DNA of 64,000 nucleotides from an uncultured Pseudomonadota bacterium (GCA_963736005.1 CAVTNB010000001.1:1504001-1568000); one strand, 5' to 3'. Shown: positions 9,193-18,711, counted from the first letter of the stretch. Numbers and translations: made by a program. The notes: a model not told the origin generated them from the sequence alone.

Positions 9193-10415
9193 GGGTAGAC
9201 CCGCATCGGTCTCCTCCTTGGATTCCACCATTTGGGCTTGTGGCTGGCCACGTCGCTCACGGTGTTTCGTGGATCGTGCTGTGGGCGACTGGCCTTGATG
9301 GTCTTGGTGACAGAACCCGGGGCCTCGCGTGGGTGCACTTGGTTGGGCTCGCGTGGATCACCGTCGTGGCGCTCTCCATCCTCATCCACGTCATTCCTGA
9401 GTTCTGTAATGTCCAATGGCGCGGTGAGCGTTACGCGCGTGCATCCATCGTTGCGCTGGCAATTGGGGCATATGCCTTAGCCACTAGTTTTTGGCTCGAC
9501 GCGCCGAGGTTGATAATGTGGAGTGCGGTTCTTGTTAGCGCCGCCCTCGCGGTTTATCTCGGCGCAGCACTCACAACCCTCTCGACTGTCGGCACCGACC
9601 GCATTGCGAGGGCCGTTGCGCGAGCACTGGGAGTCGTGCTCGCGATGCTTGCGGCCACGGCAGCGATCGGACTTGCTATGGGTACTGCACTCGCGGGCGG
9701 CCCAGGCACAGCCATTCTCAGTGTCGCGCCAGCGATTCACGCGCATCTCGGCGCTGTTGGCTGGCTCTCAATCCTCATCATGGGTGTCTCAATGCGCACT
9801 CTCGGCCCCATTGCAGGTAGCCGTCCGGCCAGCGCGGTCGCACACAGAATAACGGGAAGTTTAAGCATCGTAGGCATTTTGTTGCTGATCGCCGGGCTCA
9901 TCGCAAGAATATCTGCGCTCTCATGGCTCGGCGCCATCGCGCTCGCTGTCGCGTTCATCGTCTACCTTGTCGAACTAGGCGGCGTTCTGCTTTCAGCGAG
10001 TGTCGGACATCGTCCGCCACAAGCATTCATCGCGGCTGCAGGCGTCTGGCTTTTACTCACCATAATGCTTGGTTTTGGCACTCTCGCGGGATTCAAGTGG
10101 CAGGCCGCCTATGTCTTCGTTGGCCTTATGGGATGGATAGGCCAAATGGTACTCGGACATCTGCACCACATCGGGATACGGCTGCTCGCTACGACAGCAC
10201 GCGGTGAGGATGACGAGACCGAACCCGGAGAACTACTCTGGCTGCCGCTCACCTGGCTGACGTTCGTAATGTTTCAACTCGCGATTGTGTGCGGCGTTGC
10301 AGGCTTGCTGGCAAACAACAACGCTGGTGTTGCTGTCGCTGGCGGAACCGGCCTCGTAGCATGGTTGGTGATGACCTTCAACGTCGGTGGGGCATGGCGG
10401 CGTGCGGCTGCCTAG
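9189..10415 (+). CDS. About 12-TM membrane protein, NnrS/HCO-fold-like accessory protein
   Basis: ATGA overlap with the upstream gene; threefold internal repeat (VHLVGLAW, HAHLGAVGW, YVFVGLMGW). Confidence 0.7.
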   Translation: MRVDPHRSPPWIPPFGLVAGHVAHGVSWIVLWATGLDGLGDRTRGLAWVHLVGLAWITVVALSILIHVIPEFCNVQWRGERYARASIVALAIGAYALATSFWLDAPRLIMWSAVLVSAALAVYLGAALTTLSTVGTDRIARAVARALGVVLAMLAATAAIGLAMGTALAGGPGTAILSVAPAIHAHLGAVGWLSILIMGVSMRTLGPIAGSRPASAVAHRITGSLSIVGILLLIAGLIARISALSWLGAIALAVAFIVYLVELGGVLLSASVGHRPPQAFIAAAGVWLLLTIMLGFGTLAGFKWQAAYVFVGLMGWIGQMVLGHLHHIGIRLLATTARGEDDETEPGELLWLPLTWLTFVMFQLAIVCGVAGLLANNNAGVAVAGGTGLVAWLVMTFNVGGAWRRAAA

Positions 10416-10574
10416 TCTTTCGATTAAAATTGGAGTCCTGATAAGAAACCTGCGCGCCAATTGGGCCGACCGTGGCCGCATGGAAACGAAAATATCTAGC
10501 ACGCCGAAAATCGGCGCAAAGTCTTACCAAACATGGGGCGGTGAAGACATCGAGTTTTCGCCGCCCTTCGCATC

Positions 10575-10620
10575 TCTGCGCCGATCTGCGCCCCATAAGT
10601 GGTCAAATAAGTGGTCAAAT
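10575..10620. repeat. Short tandem duplications TCTGCGCC x2 and ATAAGTGGTCAA x2
   Basis: 10-bp period at 10575-10592 and perfect 12-bp period at 10595-10620. Confidence 0.8.
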
Positions 10621-10813
10621 TGCTGATGTCCAAGATCGCGATCGCATCGGGAGCGGCGGTGAAACGTTTTGGGCTGACCTGTCTGCTGGCCTATTGCAAT
10701 CGAGTCACTCGTGCCCGGCTGCGACTCGCCAGCTGAGCGGAACCGCGACAGATGATGACAAAGGGCGCCTCGGCGTCAGGTCCCCACCTAAACCGACATC
10801 GGAGGGCGAATTG

Positions 10814-11374
10814 ATGAATCAAGAGACGTTAAGCACTGTAGCGGCTGTCGGAACGTTCATCGTCATCGCGGCAACGGCGATCGCCGCAATCGTGCAGCTG
10901 CGTCACCTGCGCACAAGCAATCAACTCACCGGTCTGCTCAACATCCTCGGCCGGTCGGAAGATCCACAGTTTTCGGAGTGGCGCGAAGCCACGCGCAAGA
11001 TCGCGATGCACGACATAACGGATGCTGCGTATCGCAAGGGCATTGAGGAGCACACCTTCGATCGTCGAACTGCTCCGTGGCTGCATCTCTACAACTGGTA
11101 CGATTACATCGGAAGTCTGGTGAAACAGCAGCTCGTCCCCGAACAATCGGTGCTGGACGTATTCAGTTTCGTGATGACGCAAGACTGGGAACGGGGCCAG
11201 GACATCATCGCCGTGGCGCGGCGCACCGTAGGGCCAGCGGTGTGGGAGAACTTTGAGTATCTCGTGGCCCGGTCGCACATCTGGCACAAAGCGCACTCAA
11301 AGGGCGCATATCCGCGCAACGCGCCGCGGATTCCGGTGGAAGACCGCTGGCTCGCTGTCGACCACCCTGCTTGA
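10814..11374 (+). CDS. Single-TM hypothetical protein (DUF4760-like), paralog of 32757-33383
   Basis: RBS GGAGG; N-terminal TM ending AIAAIVQLRHLRTSNQL; ENFEYLVARS; family name recalled, not searched. Confidence 0.8.
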   Translation: MNQETLSTVAAVGTFIVIAATAIAAIVQLRHLRTSNQLTGLLNILGRSEDPQFSEWREATRKIAMHDITDAAYRKGIEEHTFDRRTAPWLHLYNWYDYIGSLVKQQLVPEQSVLDVFSFVMTQDWERGQDIIAVARRTVGPAVWENFEYLVARSHIWHKAHSKGAYPRNAPRIPVEDRWLAVDHPA

Positions 11375-11595
11375 GCATCGGAAGCACTGTCCTCTCGGCT
11401 CTTACAAAGTTGCTGCCGAGCTTATCCCCGCGGGTTTCCGATCGTTTACGCGACCGCCGAAAGCCGATTTGAGAAAACCACTTCAGAAGACATATTCCAA
11501 GTACCGCTCCGTTGAATTTCCTTCGTTGCGAAAGCAATTGGATGTCAACCTTGACGCTCGGATTCGGTCGCGAGAGCCGTTAAATACGGCCTGTT

Positions 11596-11668
11596 TGGGC
11601 GAAACAGGGCTCGAACCTGTGACCCCCTCCTTGTAAGGGAGGTGCTCTACCAGCTGAGCTATTCGCCC
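11596..11668 (-). tRNA. tRNA-Val(TAC), CCA not encoded
   Basis: Reverse complement GGGCGAATAGCTCAGCTGGTAGAGCACCTCCCTTACAAGGAGGGGGTCACAGGTTCGAGCCCTGTTTCGCCCA folds as a cloverleaf. Confidence 0.97.
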
Positions 11669-11732
11669 ACGCGAGGCCGTGGAACCAAAGACCCCTCCGA
11701 AAGAAATCGTGCTATGGCCTAATCGTCACCCG

Positions 11733-12323
11733 TTAAGCTGTGCGCGCAGGATCATGCTCGGGCAATACGTCTGCCACAAACTCCTGCTTTTTCCAATCTG
11801 GTATCGGGGTGGTTACCTGTGCCTTTGGCACGAATTTCGATCTCTCGATCAATTTTAGTCGGTGTAGGCAGCGTGGACAGTTGGCGAAGACTTCTCGGAC
11901 GTTGACGCGTACGATGAATTGGGCCTCGGGAAAGCTTGCAATGAGCGCATCTTCCTCAGCGATCGTCGCCTCTCCGTTAAGCCGCAGGCGTTTTGGATGT
12001 TCCCAATCGATGAACAGCATGCCCACCTGGCGGGTCTGGCGCACATTTCCCATGGAAACGTACATTCCGTTCCCATCGTAATTCGGAAATGCAAGAGTCC
12101 GCTCGTCGACAACTCGTACGAATCCCGGGTCACCACCCTTGTACGAGCAACTAGGAAAACCGCGCCCATCAACGGTGGCGAGAAAAAACATGTCGCGAGA
12201 TTCGATGAACTGCTTGTCTTCCTCGTCGATCGTTGAGGTGACGAGTCGCTCTTCTAAACGATCGGCGAGACGTCGGGTGTCAAAGCGGTCTTGAAGATAC
12301 CGCTGGTGCTCATGATAAAACAT
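11733..12323 (-). CDS. Pyridoxamine 5'-phosphate oxidase family FMN-binding protein
   Basis: FFLATVD, SYKGGDPGFV, FPNYDGNG, NCPR motifs. Confidence 0.88.
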   Translation of the reverse strand: MFYHEHQRYLQDRFDTRRLADRLEERLVTSTIDEEDKQFIESRDMFFLATVDGRGFPSCSYKGGDPGFVRVVDERTLAFPNYDGNGMYVSMGNVRQTRQVGMLFIDWEHPKRLRLNGEATIAEEDALIASFPEAQFIVRVNVREVFANCPRCLHRLKLIERSKFVPKAQVTTPIPDWKKQEFVADVLPEHDPARTA

Positions 12324-12369
12324 CTGGCCAGCCCCCTAGATAAATGTTCAATTCCCGTAGTGTCTTGAT

Positions 12370-13806
12370 TCAGCCGTGGAGCCACTGGACAAAGCGGCGA
12401 TCGTGACGCAGCAGATCCAAGCGTGGATCCAGCGCAAAGAGCGCGCGATCCGAAAGCGGCATGCGACCTAGCCACGCGAAGGCTTCGTTCGGCCGGCCAT
12501 TTGCTGAGTACGCTAGGGCGACAAGCAAAGGATAATCTCGATCCTTTTCGGCGAGCTGCTCGACCGCGTGTAACGCTCGACCGGCGCGCTCCCGTTGCCC
12601 TGTCGTTGCGTACACATACGCCAGGGTACCGCTTGCTACAAGCGCATTGGATGGGTCAGCCGCCAGACGCTGGACGTCTTGTATCGCCGACGGGTATTGC
12701 CTTACTTCTTCGTGCGCGGCTGCAAGCAACAACGGAGCAGCCTCGGAAGCAAAGAAATCATCCTTGTCGAGTTTGGCATAAGCAATCGCGTTTTCGTAAT
12801 CGCGGCTCATATAGTAGTCCAGTGCAAGCAGATAATCGATGCTTGGCAAGGTGACGTCGAGATTGGAAGCCCGCTGGAGTTCGGCGCGCGCGAGGCCGAG
12901 GTCACCCTGCCACAAGAGGATCGCGCCGTACCAGAGATGCGCGACGGCTAGGTCCGGTTCGATTCCAACCGCCTGCTTGAGGTCGCCGGCCGCCGCACGG
13001 TTGTTCCCATCGAGGTCGAACTCAACGAAGCCCTTGGCAGCGTGAGCGATCGCGGACGTGTGGTCGAGTGAGACGGCACGCTGGGAAAGCTTCTCAGCAG
13101 CTAAGCTGGCCACAAGACCTGAGGGGCTGCCTTCCCAGATGTCCGCAAGCTTAGCATATGCTATCGCCTCACCCGCGTAGCCGACCGGACTTTGCGGGGC
13201 GGCATTCACGACCAGTCGAAAATCGTGGACGCTCTGCTTCAAATCCGCCTCGGTCGTTCCTCGCCAATAGTACCAACCGAGCGCGTCGGCGTTTTCTGCT
13301 GCCGGTGTTAAAGAGGCGGGAGGTACAAGCGCATGTTTGTCGGCCGTGTCGAACCGAATCACGATGGCCAACAAGACGCCGGCGGCCAGCGCGGCGGCGA
13401 TGAGTATAGGAGCAGACATCCGCTTACCGACCCGAGTCGCTCCGAGGTCGCGCTTTGTCACCGGGTGTGTGAAGCGGTAGCCGCGTTTTGGCAGTGTCTC
13501 GATAAACGTTTCGTTCGACGTCATTTCGAATTGACGGCGCAGCATGTAGATGTTTTGAGAAAGATTGGCTTCTTCGACGACTGGCCCGTCCCACACTGAT
13601 TCGAGTAACTCGTCCTTTGATACGAAGCGACCGGCATTGTCGAGCAGCACAAGCAGGGTCTTAACGACCTTCGGGGCTAGCGGCAAGACGGCGTCGCGAT
13701 ATTTCAGCGTCAACTCGTCCCTGCAGACGCGATAGGCGCCAAATTGGTACTCGAAGCCACGCAGCGGCGTTACTTTCGGCGCGTTCTTGATCACTTCTTG
13801 AGACAT
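12370..13806 (-). CDS. CadC/ToxR-like winged-helix regulator with TM and TPR domains
   Basis: OmpR-type wHTH (VSKDELLESVW...NLSQNIYMLR...IETLPKRGYRF), one TM, TPR repeats, C-terminal DPRLDLLR. Confidence 0.88.
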   Translation of the reverse strand: MSQEVIKNAPKVTPLRGFEYQFGAYRVCRDELTLKYRDAVLPLAPKVVKTLLVLLDNAGRFVSKDELLESVWDGPVVEEANLSQNIYMLRRQFEMTSNETFIETLPKRGYRFTHPVTKRDLGATRVGKRMSAPILIAAALAAGVLLAIVIRFDTADKHALVPPASLTPAAENADALGWYYWRGTTEADLKQSVHDFRLVVNAAPQSPVGYAGEAIAYAKLADIWEGSPSGLVASLAAEKLSQRAVSLDHTSAIAHAAKGFVEFDLDGNNRAAAGDLKQAVGIEPDLAVAHLWYGAILLWQGDLGLARAELQRASNLDVTLPSIDYLLALDYYMSRDYENAIAYAKLDKDDFFASEAAPLLLAAAHEEVRQYPSAIQDVQRLAADPSNALVASGTLAYVYATTGQRERAGRALHAVEQLAEKDRDYPLLVALAYSANGRPNEAFAWLGRMPLSDRALFALDPRLDLLRHDRRFVQWLHG

Positions 13807-13858
13807 TGTTGAACAAAGCTTTGAGACGTTTCTGAAGCTCACCTGGTAAGGTGGCTCA

Positions 13859-14563
13859 ATGATAACTCGCTCGTGGAGTCTATACACGCGTTTCGCGCTT
13901 GCAACAGTTGTCTTGTGGCTCGCAGCCTGCGGTGGGGGCGGAGGAGGCGGAGGAGGCTCAATGACGGGACCGACGCCGCCCCCGGGGCCATCGCCGAGCC
14001 CGCAGCCGTACTTGCCGCTCGCAGTTGGCAATACGTGGACGTATGCTTGCTACCTCGGCACGCCGACGCCTGGCGCTTCGACTTTTCCAAAGACGAATCA
14101 GGTTATCGGTTCGACGACAATCGGTAGCACGTTGACGTACGAATATGCCGAGCAGATTCCAAGCTCCCCAACGCTCGGCACGACACAAATTCAACTTTTG
14201 GCCAACGACGCAAATGACAATACGGTCCTCTATGGCTATATGGCGAACCCGACTGCGCCGCCGACCGTAGTGACGCCCACCATCATCGTCGCAGCGAGTC
14301 CGGGTCCGAGCAATGCCCCCTTCGATTATCCGGCGGAAGGCGGTGGAACGGTGAGCCGCGTTTTCTGCTGCAATGGGCCGACGAATGAAACAACCTTTGG
14401 AGTCTTTACCGTCGCCGAGTATTATGACGGTTCGCATACGGTGAGATCGGCAACGGACGGCTACGGCTACGCGAGGGGCAAGGGAGTTATGGAGGAAGAC
14501 CACAACTTCAACAATCCCGCGACCAGGATTGATTGCGTTATTACGGCGACACCCCCGCCATAA
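13859..14563 (+). CDS. Lipoprotein, hypothetical
   Basis: Lipobox WLAAC, poly-Gly/Pro linker, YLPLAVGNTWTY; divergent from the regulator. Confidence 0.8.
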   Translation: MITRSWSLYTRFALATVVLWLAACGGGGGGGGGSMTGPTPPPGPSPSPQPYLPLAVGNTWTYACYLGTPTPGASTFPKTNQVIGSTTIGSTLTYEYAEQIPSSPTLGTTQIQLLANDANDNTVLYGYMANPTAPPTVVTPTIIVAASPGPSNAPFDYPAEGGGTVSRVFCCNGPTNETTFGVFTVAEYYDGSHTVRSATDGYGYARGKGVMEEDHNFNNPATRIDCVITATPPP

Positions 14564-14584
14564 AAGCGTAAGAGTTATTTTCTA

Positions 14585-14631
14585 TATTGACATTGTTCGA
14601 TATAGTATGCTAGTATCGACGAATGTCAATA
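14585..14631 (+). promoter_or_regulatory. ars promoter with ArsR operator
   Basis: -35 TTGACA 14587-14592; extended -10 TG-C-TAGTAT 14611-14616; inverted repeat TATTGACATT...AATGTCAATA. Confidence 0.8.
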
Positions 14632-14961
14632 CAAAGATGTTGCCCTCCTGCTAAGGTCGACAAGGTCGAGCGTGCTGACGAAGCTACTCTCTTCAAGGCC
14701 CTGGGTGACCCTTATCGCCTCCGCATTCTTGCCACTCTCAGCCGATCAAAGCACGAAGTCTGCGTCTGCGATTTTACTGATGCGTTCCCACTGAATCAAC
14801 CCGCCGTATCTCATCATCTCGGGGTCTTGCGGGATGCAGGCCTCGTCACAAGCGAACGCCGCGGAACTTGGGTCTATTACCGCTTAGCAGATACTCTAGA
14901 CGAACGGATTGCATCCGCTCTTGCTAGTATCTTTCCTCAACGGAAAAGGATAGCGGCATGA
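14623..14961 (+). CDS. arsR: ArsR/SmtB arsenic-responsive repressor
   Basis: FKALGDPYRLRI, EVCVCD Cys site, QPAVSHHL, ERRGTWVYY. Confidence 0.92.
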   Translation: MSIQRCCPPAKVDKVERADEATLFKALGDPYRLRILATLSRSKHEVCVCDFTDAFPLNQPAVSHHLGVLRDAGLVTSERRGTWVYYRLADTLDERIASALASIFPQRKRIAA

Positions 14962-15389
14962 GGACTCATTTGAACCTCGCTACGCGTGATCTCGAGGCAA
15001 GTGTAGCGTTCTACCGTACGTTACTGAATTCGGAACCTGCTAAGCATTATGCGGACTACGCCCTGTTCTTGACTGAGAATCCAGGCCTCGAGCTAGCGCT
15101 GTCGTTCGATCCTCATGCAAAGGGCTCGGAGGACGTTCATTACGGAATCGCCGTAGACACTCCCGACCTCGTGGACGGCGCAATCGAGCGCTTGAAGGGT
15201 GCGGGCCTTCCAATGGATATTGAAACCGCACAAACGTGCTGTTACGCCAACCATAACAAGGTCTGGGCAACTGACCCAGATGGTCGCAGATGGGAAACGT
15301 ATTACGTCATCGCCGAGACTGAACCACGCAATAACGAGAACGTGACCTGTTGTCAGAATCCACAGGGAGAAGTTGCCTCGTGCTGTTAG
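14958..15389 (+). CDS. arsI: ArsI/CadI family glyoxalase-fold protein (C-As lyase)
   Basis: THLNL, vicinal TCCYA, DPDGRRWE, C-terminal CC pairs; inside the ars operon. Confidence 0.8.
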   Translation: MRTHLNLATRDLEASVAFYRTLLNSEPAKHYADYALFLTENPGLELALSFDPHAKGSEDVHYGIAVDTPDLVDGAIERLKGAGLPMDIETAQTCCYANHNKVWATDPDGRRWETYYVIAETEPRNNENVTCCQNPQGEVASCC

Positions 15390-15414
15390 CTTGCACGTCT
15401 GAGTTAGTGACAAT

Positions 15415-16047
15415 GTGAACTCTGACGACAGTCTTGTGAACCTTGCTCTAAGCGGCGCTTCAAATCTGCAGGCCGAGTTCAAGGGCATCTTTTCAGAGGA
15501 AACCGTTCGGCGTGTCCTCGAGGATAGCATAGATTCACTTAGAGGTTCCCAGGTAACCGATTACCTGCCGATATTCGCCTACCGATTTGCTAGGGAGCGT
15601 CTGATCGCGGCGGCTCAAGTGGCCGGGAGTCTAGCAAAGAGTATGCCTGAAGTGCTCTTTGTTTGCGTTCATAACGCAGGCCGCAGTCAAATAGCGGCCG
15701 CGCTGCTTGACGCCAGAAGCGAAGGGAAGATTCATGTGCGGTCGGCTGGGAGTGCACCATCCAGCACAATCAATAACGTCGTCATCGAAGCTCTGGCCGA
15801 AATAGGACTCGATCTGAGCAAAGAGTTTCCCAAGCCGATGACAGATGACGTTGTGCGCGCGGCTGATGTGGTGATTACAATGGGCTGTGGCGATGCGTGC
15901 CCGATTTATCCGGGAAAACGATACGAGGACTGGGATGTGGCTGACCCTGCGGGTAAGGATTTGGTAGCGGTGCGCATTATTCGGGATGACATTGCCGAGC
16001 GGGTTGATCGATTGATAGCTGACTTATCCGCTAAGCAACCGTCATAA
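15415..16047 (+). CDS. arsC: Thioredoxin-type arsenate reductase with N-terminal three-helix bundle
   Basis: LMW-PTP fold FVCVHNAGRSQ and MGCGDACP. Confidence 0.9.
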   Translation: MNSDDSLVNLALSGASNLQAEFKGIFSEETVRRVLEDSIDSLRGSQVTDYLPIFAYRFARERLIAAAQVAGSLAKSMPEVLFVCVHNAGRSQIAAALLDARSEGKIHVRSAGSAPSSTINNVVIEALAEIGLDLSKEFPKPMTDDVVRAADVVITMGCGDACPIYPGKRYEDWDVADPAGKDLVAVRIIRDDIAERVDRLIADLSAKQPS

Positions 16048-16695
16048 ATGCACTTTCGTCAGGCTTTGATTGCCGAGTCCATCGGTACGTTCTTCCTTGT
16101 GTTCGCGGGGACCGGCGCGATTATTGTTGATGCCATGACGCACGCTCTCACCCATGTTGGAGTGAGTCTTACGTTTGGACTCGTCGTGGCAGCACTGGTC
16201 TATGCTCTGGCACATATCTCTGGAGCCCACTTCAATCCGGCTGTGACAATCGGGTTTTGGACGGCCGGTGAGTTTCCTGGCGTTCGTGTTCCCGGGTATG
16301 TCATGGCGCAGATTGTGGGTGCTATAGCTGCAAGCTCCGTGTTGCGAATAATGTTCGGTCACATTGCTTTTCTCGGTGCCACGTTGCCGAACGGATCAGT
16401 GAGCACGTCATTTTGGTTGGAACTGTTGATGACGTTCTTGCTCGTGTTTGTGATCCTGGGTTCGGCCGTGCATGGTCGTGCAACAAAAAATTTTGCCGGC
16501 ATTGCTATTGGAAGCACGATCGCGCTTGACGCATTATTTGGTGGTCCGATCTCGGGAGCGTCGATGAACCCAGCGCGTTCTTTGGGACCAGCACTCGTGG
16601 CCGGAGTGTGGCAGAGTCAGTGGGTATACTTGGTCGCACCGATTGCCGGGGCATTGATTGCTGTCATCAGCTACAAGCTGATCTCTGACCGATAG
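16048..16695 (+). CDS. MIP family aquaporin/aquaglyceroporin (AqpS-like arsenic channel)
   Basis: Two NPA motifs (HFNPAVT, SMNPARS); last gene of the ars operon. Confidence 0.9.
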   Translation: MHFRQALIAESIGTFFLVFAGTGAIIVDAMTHALTHVGVSLTFGLVVAALVYALAHISGAHFNPAVTIGFWTAGEFPGVRVPGYVMAQIVGAIAASSVLRIMFGHIAFLGATLPNGSVSTSFWLELLMTFLLVFVILGSAVHGRATKNFAGIAIGSTIALDALFGGPISGASMNPARSLGPALVAGVWQSQWVYLVAPIAGALIAVISYKLISDR

Positions 16696-16762
16696 GCTTG
16701 ACGTTTTCGCGGAGGGAAGCTGGATGCAGAAAGCAGCCGTTACAGAATGAAACAATTGTGCT

Positions 16763-17479
16763 TCAACGGGCTTTCTCTTGCCACTTCGGAACGTTCACGC
16801 CCTTCACGATGAGCCACAAGCACAATGACGTTTCCCCGATAAAAGCAAGCACCAGAATAGGGAAGATCGCATCCGCGAGGGCGGGAGCAAGGAACAACAC
16901 AAAACTATTGATTAGATAACTCAGAGCGGCAAGGATCACCAGCACGCCAATCGTCTTGGGGAAATAGCCCGATTTAAAAATCAAATATCCATAAAGAAAA
17001 AGGCAACAGCCGAAAAATACGAGGCAGACGCCAAACCCGTAATCGTACAACTTGAGAGAAAGATACGCGAGCGTGTGTAGCTGATTTGGTTCAAATACTT
17101 TTAGGTAGCTTGCGTCCCCCAAGAGAAACAATGCTGCGAACAGACATACCGTACTAACGCTCTCAACAGCGATGCTCACCAAGTTAAAAAACGTCGCAAG
17201 CAAGGCAAGACTGTTGCTTACTGGTCTGAGCAATACGTACAAGATCAGCGTTACAGCGATAGCACACACAAGCCAGGTAAGTTCGCCTGCGGCACTGCCG
17301 CGCCACAGCGACTCAGAAGCTATGATGTGATTGGCAGTTGCCGCCGGATCTCCTGAAACAATGAGCTTACCTCGAACAAAAATTTCGGCAAGAGTACCGA
17401 CGACTATGATGTACAGATAAAGCCAACCGCCGACTCGTGCATAAACTTGCGGCGATTCTTCAATGGTATGGTCTGTCAT
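16763..17479 (-). CDS. DUF4386-like membrane protein
   Basis: YARVGGWLYL, DPAATANHI, LYVLLRPV, GExxLxLWLIVKG; about 6 TM. Confidence 0.8.
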   Translation of the reverse strand: MTDHTIEESPQVYARVGGWLYLYIIVVGTLAEIFVRGKLIVSGDPAATANHIIASESLWRGSAAGELTWLVCAIAVTLILYVLLRPVSNSLALLATFFNLVSIAVESVSTVCLFAALFLLGDASYLKVFEPNQLHTLAYLSLKLYDYGFGVCLVFFGCCLFLYGYLIFKSGYFPKTIGVLVILAALSYLINSFVLFLAPALADAIFPILVLAFIGETSLCLWLIVKGVNVPKWQEKAR

Positions 17480-17815
17480 TTTGGGTGCTCTTCAATCGGA
17501 CATGGCAACACGAAACGGATGACCGCGTTTATCATCCAGCGCCGCCTACCCTGTGGCGTCAAAAGCCTACCCTCTCGGCAACGTCATCGCAGGAGTGCAC
17601 GCGGACGAGCGCAGCGTAAGTATCGCCTTGTGAATTTGTGCTCTTGGAAGTCCTCTAGTGAATAAAACGCAACACGATCAGTGCGATGGCTATTGTTGAA
17701 CCCACAAGAACGATGAGCATTATTGTTCTAGGGTGAACAAGCACATAAGGCAGCTCTATGTCTGGCGGTATTTCTCGAAGGCGTTTAGCGATGGGTCGCG
17801 GTTTCCTGTTGTTGG

Positions 17816-18040
17816 CTAACTTTGAATCTCGCGCTGGAGCACGAGCATAAGCCTAGCAGCTGGTAGGCGCGGATCAGGCGTCATTCCACGTACTTGCCAT
17901 CCCTGCATTCCCAAGTGAAGTAGCTCTTGAAGGTCGTCTTGGTTGGAGCCGCTGCCAGATTGAGCGTCGGCATGGTTTGCCAGCACCGAGACGAATTGAA
18001 TTTCATAGCTCGTTCTCGCTGACTGAGTGATTGTTTGCAT
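17816..18040 (-). CDS. Small hypothetical protein
   Basis: 74 aa; RBS GAGGTG upstream; LGxQGWQV...LQRE pattern. Confidence 0.6.
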   Translation of the reverse strand: MQTITQSARTSYEIQFVSVLANHADAQSGSGSNQDDLQELLHLGMQGWQVRGMTPDPRLPAARLMLVLQREIQS

Positions 18041-18144
18041 CGTACGGTCACCTCTCTTCGATTAGCTTACCCTTCTAGCGACCGAAAGTAAACGTCCATA
18101 CCAGTCCCAGGCTAATCTAAGGAAAGGCGGCTAAACTTCCAGCT

Positions 18145-18711
18145 ATGAGACACTTGCTTTTCACGGTGTTCGCAACCGCCGTGATCGTTGTGCCCGCTGC
18201 GGTCCTAGCGGACACAAGCTTGAATCAACCCCCTGCGCAAATGGACGCTGGGTTCCAGTACATGCAGCAGGCGCACGCGAAAGTGCAGCAACTGCAAGCG
18301 CAAGCACGAGTAGCGGCGCTCAACGCGTTGAGTCCGGCTCACCGCAACCTGCTTGCGCAGATCGCGGGGCAACTAACGGTCTCGGCAAATCCAGACGTCA
18401 ATGCGGCCGCTCGTACGATTGACAATGCGCTGACCCAAACAGAAGGACGAAATATCTTGGGCATTTCCTCCGCGCTGCAGACACAATCGCAACAGGTAAT
18501 GGAAGCAGCTCGTCAACAAATGATGGCTGCCAATCCACAGGCGATGCCGCAAGGTGGTCCGGTCAAACGATCGGCAAACATGATGTACCACGGCAGCGAG
18601 ACCACAGATCCGGGGATGCTGCTGTTGCAAATGTCGATGGGTGTTGTCCAACCGGCCATGGGCACGTTCATGGTGAAATTCGCCGGTCCCGCGCCGCATT
18701 CGGGACCCTAA
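18145..18711 (+). CDS. Secreted Gln/Met-rich helical hypothetical protein
   Basis: Signal peptide ending AVLA; TAAACT -10 box 7 nt before the ATG. Confidence 0.75.
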   Translation: MRHLLFTVFATAVIVVPAAVLADTSLNQPPAQMDAGFQYMQQAHAKVQQLQAQARVAALNALSPAHRNLLAQIAGQLTVSANPDVNAAARTIDNALTQTEGRNILGISSALQTQSQQVMEAARQQMMAANPQAMPQGGPVKRSANMMYHGSETTDPGMLLLQMSMGVVQPAMGTFMVKFAGPAPHSGP

